43,281 bases of DNA from Chiloscyllium plagiosum. Taxonomy: Eukaryota. Positions 21,935-34,477 of this stretch are shown here, piece after piece (within the stretch, counting starts at the first letter, position 1; each line of letters begins with the position of its first letter). The translations under genes and the position numbers were made by a program. Under the pieces are notes generated by a model, which saw only the letters and a list, made by a program, of their open reading frames with translations, was not told the origin of the DNA and did no database searches. The stretch spans positions 11,429,362-11,472,642 of the forward strand of contig NC_057754.1 of NCBI RefSeq assembly GCF_004010195.1, given 5' to 3'.

Positions 21935-22900
21935 TCCCCTGTAAACAGAGGATCCAATTTGACACATTACCCTGTATCCCATGGGTTTTTACTTTGGGCC
22001 AGTCTGCCATGTGGGACCTTGCCAAATGCCTCAGTAGGCAATGTCCACTACACTACCCACATTCCTCAAAGAATTCAATCAAATTTGTTAAAGTATGACC
22101 TTCCCTTCATAAAGCAATACTGACTATCCTGGACTGGTCCATGCATTTCTAACCAGCAGTTTATCTGCTCTCTCAGGATTGATTCTTACAATTTATCCAC
22201 CACCAAAATAAGACTGAGTGGCCTCGACTTGTTGAGCATTTTCATTGTTTCCTTTTTACACAATGAAATTGCATTTGCATCCCACCAACCTTCCTGCACT
22301 TCACTTGTGTTGAGGGAAGATTGGAAAATATTCCTCACAGCATCTTCTATTTCCTTCCTGGCCTCCTTCAACATCCTAGGGAGCTATCCATCTGGCCTTG
22401 GTGACTAACCACTTTTAATGATTTCAGCTTTGCTGAAATATCCTCTGCCATGATGATTATTTTGTCTAATATTTCACATTACTACTCTTAGATTACTATA
22501 TATTTTTTTTTAGATTTAGATTAGATTACAGTGTAGAAACAGGTCCTTCGGCCCAACAAGTCCACACCGACCCGCCGAAGCGAAACCCACCCATACCCCT
22601 ACATTTACCCTTGACCTAACACTACGGGCAATTTAGCATGGCCAATTCACCTGACCCTGCACATCTTTTGGACTGTGGGAGGAAACCGGAGCACCCGGAG
22701 GAAACCCACGCAGACACGGGGAGAACGTGCAAACTCCACACAGTCAGTCGCCTGAGGCGGGAATTGAACCCGGGTCTACAGGCGCTGTGAGGCAGCAGTG
22801 CTCACCACTGTGCCACCGTGCCGCCCATATATCCACATCATTCCTTTCTTTGGTGGGTGAACCCTGCAATGGGTATGCCAAAAGCACAGGATTCCATCAT
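21935..22900 (-). mobile_element. Old CR1 fragment, split by a SINE
   Basis: MLKEARKEI..IFQSSLNTSEVQEGWWDANAISL..RPLSLILVVDKL. Confidence 0.7.
22510..22826 (-). mobile_element. HE1-like SINE, full length
   Basis: 5' end GGGCGGCACGGTGGCACAGTGG (A-box), then GGTTCAATTCC (B-box), a CR1-like 3' end and an (AATCT)n tail. Confidence 0.9.
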
Positions 22901-23159
22901 GTCTGCAACGGGGAATGAAGCAGGAATGAGGGAACATCACCCACTTCCTACTGTGGACAAATCTTTAAGAAGTTGTCAACAAGTGACATCATCTCAAACT
23001 GTGATTTAAAGCAAGGACAGAGCGGCTGGAGGTCCCTCCTGATTCATGGACAGTGATAACTTTTGTCCCTCATTTATCAATACAAGAAATTGCTGTTTGC
23101 CCACAGCATGAATAATGTTTCTCGGGAAGGACTCAGACTCCAGACATGGGCTTTCAAAC

Positions 23160-23835
23160 CCTGCACAGCTGCGGTAAGACCTCCTTGACCCTGTACTCAA
23201 ACCCTCTTGCAATGAAGGACAAAGTTCCATTTGCTTTCTTCCTTGCTTGCTGCACCTACATGCTTGCTTTGAATGGCTAGTGTACAGACATATCCAGGGC
23301 CTTTTCTACAGAAACATTCCCAAACCTATCATCTACAACATTTAAATTATACTCTGCCATTCTGAATTTTCCACAGTGAATAACTCACATTGATCCTGCA
23401 TCTGCCATGCATTTCTTAATCATTCAAATTATCTAAATCACCCTGTCTTCACTCACAATCCCCCTGGTTTTGTGTCAAAAAACTTGGAAATATCACATTG
23501 GATTCCCTCATCCAAACCGTTGATGTATTTTTGAATAGCTGGGGTCCAACGGGATCACTGAGTGCCCTACTTGTTAAAACCATATACTCCAAAAAAGATT
23601 AATTTATTTCCTGTTTCCTGTCTGCTAACTAATTCTCAATCCACACCAGTATATTCTCAGTAATCCTGTATACTTTCATTTTGCAGACAAACCTTTTAAG
23701 TGAGACTTTATCAAAAGCTTTCCGAAAATCCGAACGACCCCATCCATTGGCTCCACTAGTTACACCTTCAAAAAAAAACTTCAAATTGTCAAACATGATG
23801 ATTTGTCAAACATAATTTCACCCATGTTAAACTGA
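23160..23835 (-). mobile_element. Old CR1 RT fragment
   Basis: The reverse strand has remnants of KLCLTN, DFRKAFDKVS and QASM.VQQA motifs. Confidence 0.6.
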
Positions 23836-23869
23836 CAGATTGCAGATCCAAAAGATGATCCTCTGACTT

Positions 23870-24500
23870 GCCTGGTCCCCTCTGTACTCTATTTACTGTA
23901 TCCAGTGCTCCCGAAGTGGTCTTCTCCACATTGGTGAGACCAAACTTAAACTCAGGGCACGTTTCGCCGAGCATCTTAGCCAGGTCCACAGGGGCCGACC
24001 TGACCTCCCAGTTACCGACCATTTTAATTCCCCTTCCCATTCCCTTTCCGACATGACCATCCTCAGCCTCCTCCACTGCCACAGTGAATCAGACTGCAAA
24101 TTGGAGGAACACCGCATCTTCTGCCAGGGCAGCCTCCAGCCTGGAGGACTTAACACTGAGTTCTCCAATTTCAAATAACCTCCCTTCCCATTCCCCAACT
24201 CCCTTCTCAGCCCATACCCAGTCCTTTCCATTCCTCCAACCCTTCCTTCCAGCTCCCAACCAGGTTCATTCCTCCCATCAACCAAATAGGCTGTACCCTC
24301 TACCTGTGTTCACCTATCACCACCTCACTATTCTGTCCTTTTCCCCACCCAAAACCCTTCCTCGTTGCCCTCTTATCTGCAGCATCCCTTACACCCACCT
24401 CCAGTCCTGAAGAAGGGTTATACACGAAACATTGATTTCTCCACCTCCTGATTCTGCTTGGTTTGTTTGTGTTTGTCCCAGCCTCCTGCCTGTCTACCCT
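23870..24500 (+). mobile_element. Penelope-like element 3' fragment (second family) with hammerhead-like tail
   Basis: Degenerate IYCIQCSRSGLLHIGETK and KLEEHRIFCQGSLQPGGLN. The tail has AGTC-CTGAAGA-A-GGGT-TAT-ACAC-GAAAC-ATT-GATT at 24403-24437. Confidence 0.8.
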
Positions 24501-24845
24501 CTGTACTGGGCAGTCAAAGATTACAGACATGGTCCATGGCAGCACTTTCTCCAGAGCAGCTGAGCTGGACAATAAATGTTGAGCCAGGCAGCACATCCCA
24601 TCAACAAACATATAAAAACCATCTAAAGCCCCCTGTTCAGCCCTACCTGAATTTTAAAAATTCCCACCCTTGTTTTCAAATTCCTCCATGGTCTTCCCTC
24701 TCTATTTCCACATGCTCCATATCTTTCCTCAAAGACAGAACAGACAAACCTGAAACATACAAAACAGTCAAACGCTGGTCATATTCACCTTCTACTCATC
24801 AATTCACTCTTTCAGCACTTGGTCCGGTTCGACTTTCTAGAGAAA

Positions 24846-25210
24846 ACTTACCAACCCTGTGCTGTTACATAACCCGCAGAAAAACGAAAGGAAGAGGTTT
24901 TTCAAAACCGTTCTCCCGTCCCCAGACAACAGGCTCCCCGCGGGCCCCGCCGTCCGGAGCAGGCGCAGTGCAGCTGCCACGAGCAGCAGGGCTCAATCTG
25001 TCTCTTTTGGGAGCGGGAGAAGGGCGAGGGGCGGCACCCTGAAGCTTCTCGCTGTTGTCCCAGCCCCCAGCCGGTTGCCTGGAAACCTTGGCTACTATCG
25101 GGGGTAAATGGTCGGGGGTGGGACTGCTATGCTCACGCTCTGGAGCCCGTAGACGTCACCGCCGAACCCAGCGATTCTTATTGGCTGCGCCAGGCAAGCC
25201 CCACCCTATA
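24846..25210 (-). promoter_or_regulatory. CpG-island promoter and probable non-coding exon 1 of the zinc-finger gene
   Basis: GC/CpG-rich. ATTGG (CCAAT) at about 25179, GACGTCA (CRE-like) at about 25152, and GC/GT boxes. Minus-strand splice donor TTG|GTAAGT with the intron starting at 24851. Confidence 0.7.
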
Positions 25211-25689
25211 TTGTGAGCTCACGAAAGCAGATGTCATATTTCAGAGTGAGCCTTTGTCCTCTGAAGAACATCCGAGAGTCAAGCAATGTCTCCCCCTTTC
25301 CACTGCTTTTCTCATCCTGGGAGGGAGAGACTGTGCAACATCTAGGAGGAAAGTAATGTCTCCCCCTTTCCATTCCTTTTCTCATTCTGGGAGGGATAGA
25401 CGGGGAGAAAGTGTTAACTTGCAGCAACTGAAGGAAGTGAATCTAGGAAGGGAGCATAATCTAGGAATGTTGGTTCAAGTATGTCTCTTTAACTTATTGT
25501 CATTATTTATTCCCTCAACTTCACACATTTATTTGCCTGGCTAAAAAGATGGCCTCTTTCCTCATGTTCACGATTGTAGGATTTCTATCAGATATGGTCA
25601 AGATTTAAGGATCTGTAAATTAGTTATTAAATCCAAAATTCCACTTTCTTTCTTCATAACTTGCAGCACTGTGCATTAGGAGCTATTGT

Positions 25690-26550
25690 TGAATTGAATT
25701 GAATTTATTGTCACATGTACTGTGGCACAGTGAAAAGCTTTGTTTTGTGAGCAACAGAGGCAGATACATAGTTAAATAGCACAGTTAAGTAAATAATAGG
25801 TAAACAGCAGCGAAAACAAAAACACGTAAAGACGAATGCTCAGAGTTTGTGAGTCCATTCAGTATTTAACAACAGTAGGGTAGAAACTGTTTCAAAACTG
25901 GCTGGTGTGTGTGTTCATGCTTCTGTACCTTCTCCCTGATGGTAGAAGTTGTAGAAAAACATTGCCAGGGTGGGTTGGATCTTTGAGAATGGATCTTGAC
26001 AGAAGGCCTGGTAGATCGATTCTATAGCTGGGAGGTTGGCCTTTGTGTTTGTCCGGGCCAAGTTCACCACTCTTTGTAATTGTCTCCAATCTTCAATGAT
26101 ACAGTTGCCATACCAGGTAGTGATACATCCAGACAGAATGCTCTCGATGGCGCATCTATAAAAGTTGGCAAAGGTATTCGCTGTCATGCGAAATTTTCTC
26201 AGCTGCCTGAAGAAGAGACATTGCTGGGCCTTTGTAATCACTGCATCCACATGAAGAGTCCAAGAAAACTTGTTGTTGATGACCATTCCCAGGAGCTTGG
26301 CACTCTCCACTCGTTCCACCTCTGTGCTGTAAATGTGTAACATCCCGCTGAAAGTCAATAATGAGTTCCTTGGTTTTGCCAGCATTGAGAGCTAGGTTGT
26401 TCTCAGTGCACCATTTTTCCAGATCTTCCACCTTCTGTCTGTTGTCTGTTTCGTCGCCATCTGAGATTCGACCGACTATGGTGGTGTATCACCGAACTTG
26501 TAAATGGCATTAGTCTGTTATTTGGCGACGCAGTCATGGGTATACACAGT
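25690..26550 (-). mobile_element. Rex1/Babar-type LINE, 5'-truncated
   Basis: LYTHDCVAK, WCTENNLALNAGKTKELIIDF and FYRCAIESILSGCITTWYGNC, with an (AATTC)n tail. Confidence 0.88.
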
Positions 26551-26639
26551 CATAGAATATGCAGTGTGAGGCCTAACTGTGGAGCGAGCAACATGTGATG
26601 AAATTGTCTTGCAGCTAAAATCCCTATTGACAATTCAGG

Positions 26640-27455
26640 GATGCATATATTTCAATAAGGCGTTAGATAAGGTTCCTGAAGAAGGGCTTATGCCCGAAAC
26701 GTCGATTCTCCTGTTCCCTGGATGCTGCCTGACCTGCTGCGCTTTTCCAGCAACACATTTCCAGTTAGATAAGGTTCCCCATGATGGCTATTCCACAAAA
26801 TATGGAGGCATGAGATTGAGAATAATTTAGTGGCTTGGATCAGAAATTGGCTAGCTGAAAAGAGACAGAAGATGGGGGTTGATGGGAAATATTCATCATG
26901 GAGTTCAGTTACTATTGAGGTACCGCAAGGATCTGTTCTGGGTCCACTGTTGTTTGTCATTTATATAAATGACCTGGACAAAGGCATAGGGGTTAGTAAA
27001 TTTGTGGAAGATACTAAGTTTAGTAGAGATGAATAGTGATGAAGAATGTTCTAGATTACAGAGGGACATAGATAAGCTGCAGAGCTGGACTGAGAGGTGT
27101 CAAATGAAGTTTAATGTGGAAAAGTGTGAGGTGATTCACTTTGGAAGGAGTAACAGGAATGCAGAGTACTGGGCTAATGGTAAGAATCTTGATCGTGTAG
27201 ATGATCAGAGAGATTTCAGTGTCCAGGTACATAGATCCTTGAAATTTGTCACCCAAATTGATAGGGTTATTAGGAAGGCATATGGTGTGTTAGCTTTTAT
27301 TGGTAGAGGGATTGGGTTTTGGAACCATGAGATCGTGCTGCAGTTGTACAAGACTCTGGTGTGCCCACATTTAGAGTATTGCATACAGTTCTGCTCACCA
27401 CATTATAGGAAGGACGTGGAAGCTTTGGAAAGGGTTCAGAGGAGATTTACTAGGA
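26640..27455 (+). mobile_element. CR1 RT fragment, interrupted by a mini Penelope insertion
   Basis: [30 protein letters not shown] and QMKFNVEKCEVIHFG. Confidence 0.9.
26677..26763 (+). mobile_element. 87-bp mini Penelope-tail insertion with intact hammerhead core
   Basis: Exact 15-bp TSD GTTAGATAAGGTTCC at 26662-26676 and 26764-26778. Core CTGAAGA-A-GGGC-TTAT-GCCC-GAAAC-GTC at 26676-26703. Confidence 0.9.
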
Positions 27456-27499
27456 CTAATATTTTGGATAACAGCTGAATGTAATGACCAGTTGTCCCA

Positions 27500-28700
27500 T
27501 CCAAATATGTCACTAATACAGATTGAGTTACATTTACCATTGATCAGCTCATCTGACCAGCCTGTCTTTACCCTCCTGTAAACTAAGGCTGTCCTGCTCA
27601 CTATTTCCCAACTGTGTTTTTTTTTATCTCATCTGCAAACTAACTGATTAACCTTCTTTCATTCATGTCAAAATCATTTATTTAAACCATAAACAGCAAG
27701 AGTGCAACACTGAACACTGTGGGACCCCAATGGACACAGGCAGCCAGTCAGGAAAAAAAAAACCCTTTCTTGCCATTCAGCTGATTGTGGATCCAATTTG
27801 CCAAATTTCTGTGGACCCCATGGGCACTTAACTTTGCTATCAGTCTCTCTTTATCAAAAGCCGTGCTGATGTCCAAACAGACTACATCAGAAATATTGCA
27901 CTCATTGACCCAACTGGACACCTCATCAAAACATTGAACCAAGTTGGTTAGGCATGAACTCCCCTTGACAAAATGCATCCTGATTGTTTTTGATTAATCC
28001 CTGCCTCTCCAAATAAATCTGTCCATCAGAATTACTTCCAATAGTCTCCCCATCACCGAGGTGAGACCGACGGACTTGCAGTTCCTTGGTTTATCCCTTG
28101 CTGCCTTCTCGAATTAAAGTTCTACTTTGACTGTCCTTCAGTGCTCAAGCACCTTTCCTGTGATCAGAGGGGAATTGAATATTTTTGCAAGACCTCCTGC
28201 TATTTCGATCCAACAATGTAGGATTTATTTCACTTGACCCTGGGATATTGATCTGCATTTAAGCCTGCCAGACTACTCAATACTTCCTCTCTCTCTCTCT
28301 TTGCTAATTTCTTTACATTCCGTCACAGACCTTCTTCCTGATTCATCTCTCTCACGAGTGAATGTTGACACAAAGTATTAATTTAGAACCATGCTTGTAT
28401 CCTCTGGTTCTACACACAGATTACTGCTGTGGTCATTAATGGGCCTTATCTTTCCCCTGTAATCATTTAACCATAAATGTACCTGTAAACAACTGAGCGT
28501 TCTTCTTTATTTTACTTGGCAGCATCAATTCATTCCCCTTATAGTTCTCCTTATCTCCAAAGTTCAGTTCTCTTTTGCACATTTACCTGAAAGTATCTGC
28601 TCCCTGTGCACTCTGGCCAAATCATATCTGGCCTTATTAAAATCACCCAATTCAGAACCTTAATTGCAGACCCATTCTTGTCCTTGAAAACAACAGTTTC
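27500..28700 (-). mobile_element. Old CR1 fragment(s)
   Basis: HFVKGSSCLTNLVQCFDEV..CLDISTAFDK. Confidence 0.65.
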
Positions 28701-28769
28701 AAAACCCAATGCTGACAGTTACCAGGGAACTCATTGCTGTCTAACCAGTCCTGACGAACCACAAAATCA

Positions 28770-29801
28770 CTTCACAAACAATATGCAGGTGAACAGTCTT
28801 CACCTAGTGTATATATATCACAGCAACGTTGTGATCATTTTTGAAACCTATTAAGCAGATACACATTGTATCAACATTTTACCTACAATATTAGTATCTT
28901 TAATAGAGTAGAGTTTAATAATGTCAATACAAACAGCCCAATGATCAAGGCACATTGCTTGGTGTAAGTACAAGCAAAACCCTTCACCTGCAGTTCTTTG
29001 TAAATTTCCTGATGTGTTTGCAAACACAAATCCTTTTACACAAACAGAGCAGGTGAACGCGATCCACCCAGTGTCATTTCAGTGCTGCGTTAACAGTTTG
29101 GATGGTAGGGTGGGAAAGGTGAACAGTCTCTCTCCAGAATGAAGACACTGATTTGTCAGCAGTTGAGTTGACTGAGAGGATTTTTTTTTTCAGTGTGAAC
29201 TCCCTGGTTTCTGCGCAGGTGGAATGATTGGTTAAACCCTCTCCAACATTGGGAGCAGGTGAACAGTCTCTCTCCAGTGAGAATTCACTGGTGGATCAGC
29301 AGGTTGGTTGACTGAGTGGATCCCTTTCCACACACGGAGCAAGTGAATGGTCTTTCCACAGAGTGACTGCGTTGGTGTATCTGCAGGCTGGATGGGCGAG
29401 TGAATTCCAACCCACACTGACAGCAATTGAACAGTCTCTCTGCAGTGTGAACTCTCTGGTGTATCTGTAGGTTGGATGACTGAATGAAATCTTTCCCACA
29501 CACAGATCAAGTGAATGGCTTCTCCACAGTGTAACGGCACTGGTGTATCTGCAAGTTGGATGACTGAGTCAATCCCATCCCACAATCAGATTAGATGAAC
29601 AGCTTCTCCTCAGTGTGACTAGGTTGGTACATTTCCAGCTGGGATGGGTAAAGAAATCCCTTCTCACAATCCCTACATTTCCATCATCTCTCCCCAGTGT
29701 GACTGCGCTGGAGTTTGGGCATTTCAGATGAATCTTCACAGACCTTTCCATACACACAGTATGTGTTTCTCCCCGGTGTGAACAGTGCTTTTTCCTTCAG
29801 T
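28770..29801 (-). pseudogene. C2H2 zinc-finger pseudogene, paralog of the 20.1-21.0 kb gene
   Basis: Many fingers ([24 protein letters not shown].., [19 protein letters not shown]) with frameshifts and stops. The start region TTTTGAACACTGAAGGAAAAAGCACTGTT aligns with TTTTGAACATGGAAGAAGAAAGCACTGTT of the intact gene, with the ATG lost. Confidence 0.88.
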
Positions 29802-30014
29802 GTTCAAAATCCTGAGATAATGAGGTCATTGCAAACAGAATGACTGTCAGATCCAGATGTGGTTTAATTTGAAATCGTTCATTTGCAAAACACCTTTAAA
29901 AACAGAAAAGAAATATATTAGGAGAAACCAAAAGAACATGCAGGTTGTGGAACTGACAGAAATTAATCTGGTCACTTGTGGAGATGACTCTTTGGGTAAC
30001 TGCTAGATTATCAT

Positions 30015-30607
30015 TAGAACATAGACATAGAAAAGTGCAGCAGCACAGGCCCTTTGGCCCACAATGTTGTGCCGAGGATTAATCCTAATGTAAAATAAAA
30101 TAACTTAACCTACACACCCCTCAACTCTCTGCTATCCATGTACATGTCCAGCAGTCGCTTAAATGACCTTAATTACTCTGCTTCCACCACCACTGCTGAC
30201 AACGCATTCCATGCATTCACAACTCTCTGCATAAAGTTGCCCTCTATACCTTTCTCCTAATATCTTAAAACTATGACCCCTCGTGCCAGTCAATCCTGCC
30301 CTGGGGAAATGTCTCTGACTACTGACTCTATCCATGCCTCTCATTATCTTGTATACCTCGATCAGGTCACCTCTCTTCCTCCTTCTCTCCAGACAGAAAA
30401 GTCCGAGCTTAGTCAACCTCTCTTCATAAGGCAAGCCCCCCAGTCGAGGCAGCATCCTGATAAACCTTCTTTGCACCCACTCCAAAGCCTCTGTATCTTT
30501 CCTATGGTCAGGCAACCAGAACTGGACACAATATTCCAAGTGTGGTCTCACCAGGGACTTGTAGAGCTGCAGCAAAACCTCGTGGCTCTTAAACTTGATC
30601 CCCCTGA
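30015..30607 (-). mobile_element. CR1 3' fragment (host of the nested CR1; resumes at about 34478-34511)
   Basis: Same subfamily as 16328-17615. The continuation ATGAAAGCCAAAACACCATATGCTTTCTTAA is found on the other side of the insertion. Confidence 0.88.
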
Positions 30608-33600
30608 TACAGAGTCATAGAGTCACAGAGATGTACACTATGGAAACAGACCCTTCTGTCCAACCGGTCCATGCCGACCAGATATCCCAACCCAATCTAG
30701 TCCTACCTGCCAGCACCCGGCCCATATCCCTCCAAACCCTTCCTATTCATATACCCATCCAAATGCCTCTTAAATGTTGCAATTGTACCAGCCTCCACCA
30801 CATCCTCTGGCAGCTCATTCCATACACGTACCATCCTCTGCATGAAAAAGTTGCACCTTTGGTCTCTTTTATATCTTTCCCCTCTCACCCTAAACCTATG
30901 CCCTCTAGTTCTGGACTCCCTGACCCCAGGGGAAAGACTTTGTCTATTTACCCTATCCATGCCTCTCATAATTTTGTAAACCTATATAAGGTCACCCCTC
31001 AGTCTCCAACGCTCCAGGGAAAACAGCCCCAGTCTGTTCAGCCTCTCCCCATAGTTCAAATCCTCCAACCCTGGCAACATCCTTGTAAATCTTTCCTGAA
31101 CCCTTTCAAGTTTCACAACATCTTTCCAATAGGAAGGAGAGCAGAATTGCACACAATATTCCAATGGTAGCCTAACCAATGTCCGGTACAGCCGCAACAT
31201 GACCTCACAACCCCTGTACTCAATACTCTGACCAATAAAGGAAAGCATACCAAACGACTTCTTCACTATCCTATCTACCTGCGACTCCACTTTCAAGAAG
31301 CTATGAACCTGCACTCCAAGGTCTCTTTGTTCAGCAACACTCCCTAGGACCTTACCATTATAAGTGTATAAGTCCTGCTAAGATGCAGGACTTATCCCAA
31401 AATGCAGCACCTCACATTTATCTGAATTAAACTCCACTTCTCAGCCCATTGGCCCACCTGGTCCAGGTCCTGTTGTAATCTGAGATAACCCTCTTTGTTG
31501 TCCACTACACCTCCAATTTTGGTGTTATCTGCAAACTTACTAACTGTACCTCTTATGCTCGCATCCAAATCATTTATGTAAATGACAAAAAGTAGAGGAT
31601 CCAGCACCGATCCTTGTGGCACTCCACTGGTCACAGGCCTCCAGTCTGAAAAACAACCCTCCACTCCCACTCTCTTGTCTTCTACCTTTGAGTCAGTTCT
31701 GTATCCAAATGGCTAGTTCTCCCTGCATTCTGTGAGATCTAACCTTGCTAATCAGTCTCCCATTGGAATCTTGTCGAATGCCTTACTGAAGTCCAAATAG
31801 TTCACATCTACTGCTCTGCCCTCATCAATCTTCTTTGTTACTTCTTCAAAAAACCCAATCAAGTTTGTGAAACATGATTTCCCACGCACAAAACCATGTT
31901 GACTATCCCTAATCAATCCTTGCCTTTCCAAATATATGTACATCCTGTCCCTCAGGATTCCCTCCAACAACCTGCCCACCACCGAGGTCAGGCTCACTGG
32001 TCTATAGTTCCCTGGCTTGTCCTTACCACCCTTCTTAAACAGTGGCACCACATTTGCCAACCTCCAGTCTTCCGACACTTCTCCTGTGAGTATCGATGAT
32101 ACAAATATCTCAGCAAGAGGCCCAGCAATTACTTCTTTCGCTTCCCACAGAGTTCTCGGGTACACCTGTTCAGGTCCTGGGAATTTATCCACCTTTACCC
32201 GTTTCAAGACATCCAGCATTTCCTCCTCTGTAATATGGACATTTTTCAAGATGTCACCATCTATTTCCCTGCAGTCTATATCTTCCATACCCTTTTCCAC
32301 AGTAAATACTGATGCAAAATATTCATTTAATATCTCCCCCATTTTCTGCGGCTCCACACAAAGGGCGCCTTGCTGATTTTTGAGGGGTCCTATTCTCTCC
32401 CTTTTGTCCTTAATATATTCATAAAAACCCTTTGGATTCTCCTTAATTCTGGTCTACCCTTTTCCATCACTATTTTAATTATGGTCACTGGCCCCAAAGT
32501 GCTCCCCCACTGACACCTCAGTCACTTGCCCTGCCTTATTTCCAAAAAGTAGGTCAAGTTTTGCACCTTCTAAAGTAGATACATCCACATACTGAATCAG
32601 AAAATTGTCTTGTACGCACTTAAGAAATTCCTCTCCATCTAAACCTTTAACACTATGGCAGTCCCAGTCGATGTTTGGGAAGTTAAAATCCCCTACCATT
32701 ACAACCCTATTATTCTTACAGATAGCTGAGATCTCCTTACAAGTTTGTTTCTTAATTTCCCTCTGACTATTAGGGGGGGGGGTCTATAATACAATCCCAA
32801 TAAGGTGATCATCCCTTTCTTATTTCTCAGTTCCACCCAAATAACTTCCCTGGATGTATTTCCGGGATTTTCCTCTGTCAGCACAGCTGTAATGCTATCC
32901 CTTATCAAAAACGCCACTCCCCCTCCTCTCTTCCCTCCCTTTCTATCCTTCCTGTAGCATTTGTATCCTGGAACATTAAGCTGCCAGTCCTGCCCATTCC
33001 AGAGCCATGTTCCTGTAATTGCTATGATATCTCAGTCCCATGTTCCTAATCATGCCCTGTGAGGCCCCTTGCATTGAAATAAATGCAGTTTAATTTATTA
33101 ATCCTATCTTGTCCCTGCCTGTCCTGACTGTTTGACTCACTTCTGTTCTCAACTGTACCAGTCTCAGATTGATTGATCTTTTTCCTCACTATCTCCCTAG
33201 GTCCTCCCCCCTCCGCACCTTACTAGTTTAAATTCTCCCAAGCAGCACGAGCAAACTTCCCTGCCAGTATATTAGTCCCCTTCCAATTTAGGTGCAATCC
33301 GTCCTTCTTGTACAGATCACTTCTACCCCAAAAGGGATTCCAATGATCCAAAAATGTGAATTCTTCTCCCATGCACCAGCTGCTCAGCCATGCATTCATC
33401 TGCTCTATCCTCCTTTTCCTGCCCTCACTACCTCGTAGCACTGGGAGTAATCCAGATGTTACTATCCTTGAGGACCTCCTTTTTAAATTTCTGCCTACAT
33501 CTCTATAATCTCCCTTCAGAATCTCAACCTTTTCCCTTCCTATATCGTGGTACCAATGTGGACAATGACCTCTTGCTGGCCCCTCTCCCCCATGAGAACA

Positions 33601-34477
33601 TTCTGCAACCTCTCTGAGACATCCTTGATCCTGGCACCAGGGAAACAACACACCATTCTGCTTTTTCTCTGCTGGCCACAGAAATGTCTGTCTGTACCTC
33701 GGTCTACAAAATACCCTAACAGAATTGATCTCTTGGAAGCCGACGTACTCCTTGTTGCATTAGAGCCAGTCTCAATACCAGAAACTTGGCTGTTTGTGCT
33801 ACATTCCCCTGAGAATCCATCACCCCCTACATTTTCCAAAACAGCATACCTGTTTGAAATGGGTATATCCACAAAAGAGTCCTGCCCTAGGTGTCTACCT
33901 CTCATACCCTTCCTGGAGTTAACCCATCTCCGTGACTGTATCTGAGACTTTCCCCCCTTCCTATAACTGCCATCCATCACATACTGTTGCAGTTGCAAAT
34001 TCCTCATCACTTCTATCTGTCTCTCCAACCGATCCAATCGATCTGATAAGATTCGCATCCAACAGCATTTACGGCAGATATAATCCACAATAACCCTTAA
34101 ACTCTCTTTAAACTCCCACATCTGACAAGAAGTACATATCACTGCAAAGGCCATTTTTGTTCCTTCACAATCTACAGACCCAGAAAATAACACCATCTTA
34201 TTCCTCTACAAAACACTGCACCAGGTTAAATTAATAGTTATGGCTTATATTTTAAGTTTAGTCAAGAGACTTATCTCCAAAAACATATAATCAAGAGAGA
34301 ACCCACTGTACTCACTACTGCAGCCTTTCTATTGGACAGACTTAAAACAACAATTAACTTATCTGATTCTGTATTGTGAACTTCGCCCAAACAGGTTCCT
34401 CCAAGATTAGTTGTGAAATTCACTGTTTGTTATTTTTCCCAGATACACTCCGATGTCCAGCGATACATGAATTCAAA
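30608..34477 (-). mobile_element. Near full-length CR1 LINE: 5' UTR, ORF1 (zinc finger plus SGNH esterase) and ORF2 (APE endonuclease-RT), decayed
   Basis: ORF1 has CTSCQMWE..YICRKC, CFPGARIKDV, VHIGT and DGLHLN (33223-34196). ORF2 has LGLYYRPP, VGDFNFPNIDW, SDHN, YLDFSKAFDKIP and SKFADNTK. Confidence 0.93.

Noticed and set aside
22740..22826. tRNA-like A/B boxes
   Set aside because: These are the head of the SINE, not a tRNA gene.
24458..25042. 194-aa plus-strand ORF
   Set aside because: It has no recognisable domain and crosses a Penelope tail and the CpG island. Stop-codon scarcity explains it.
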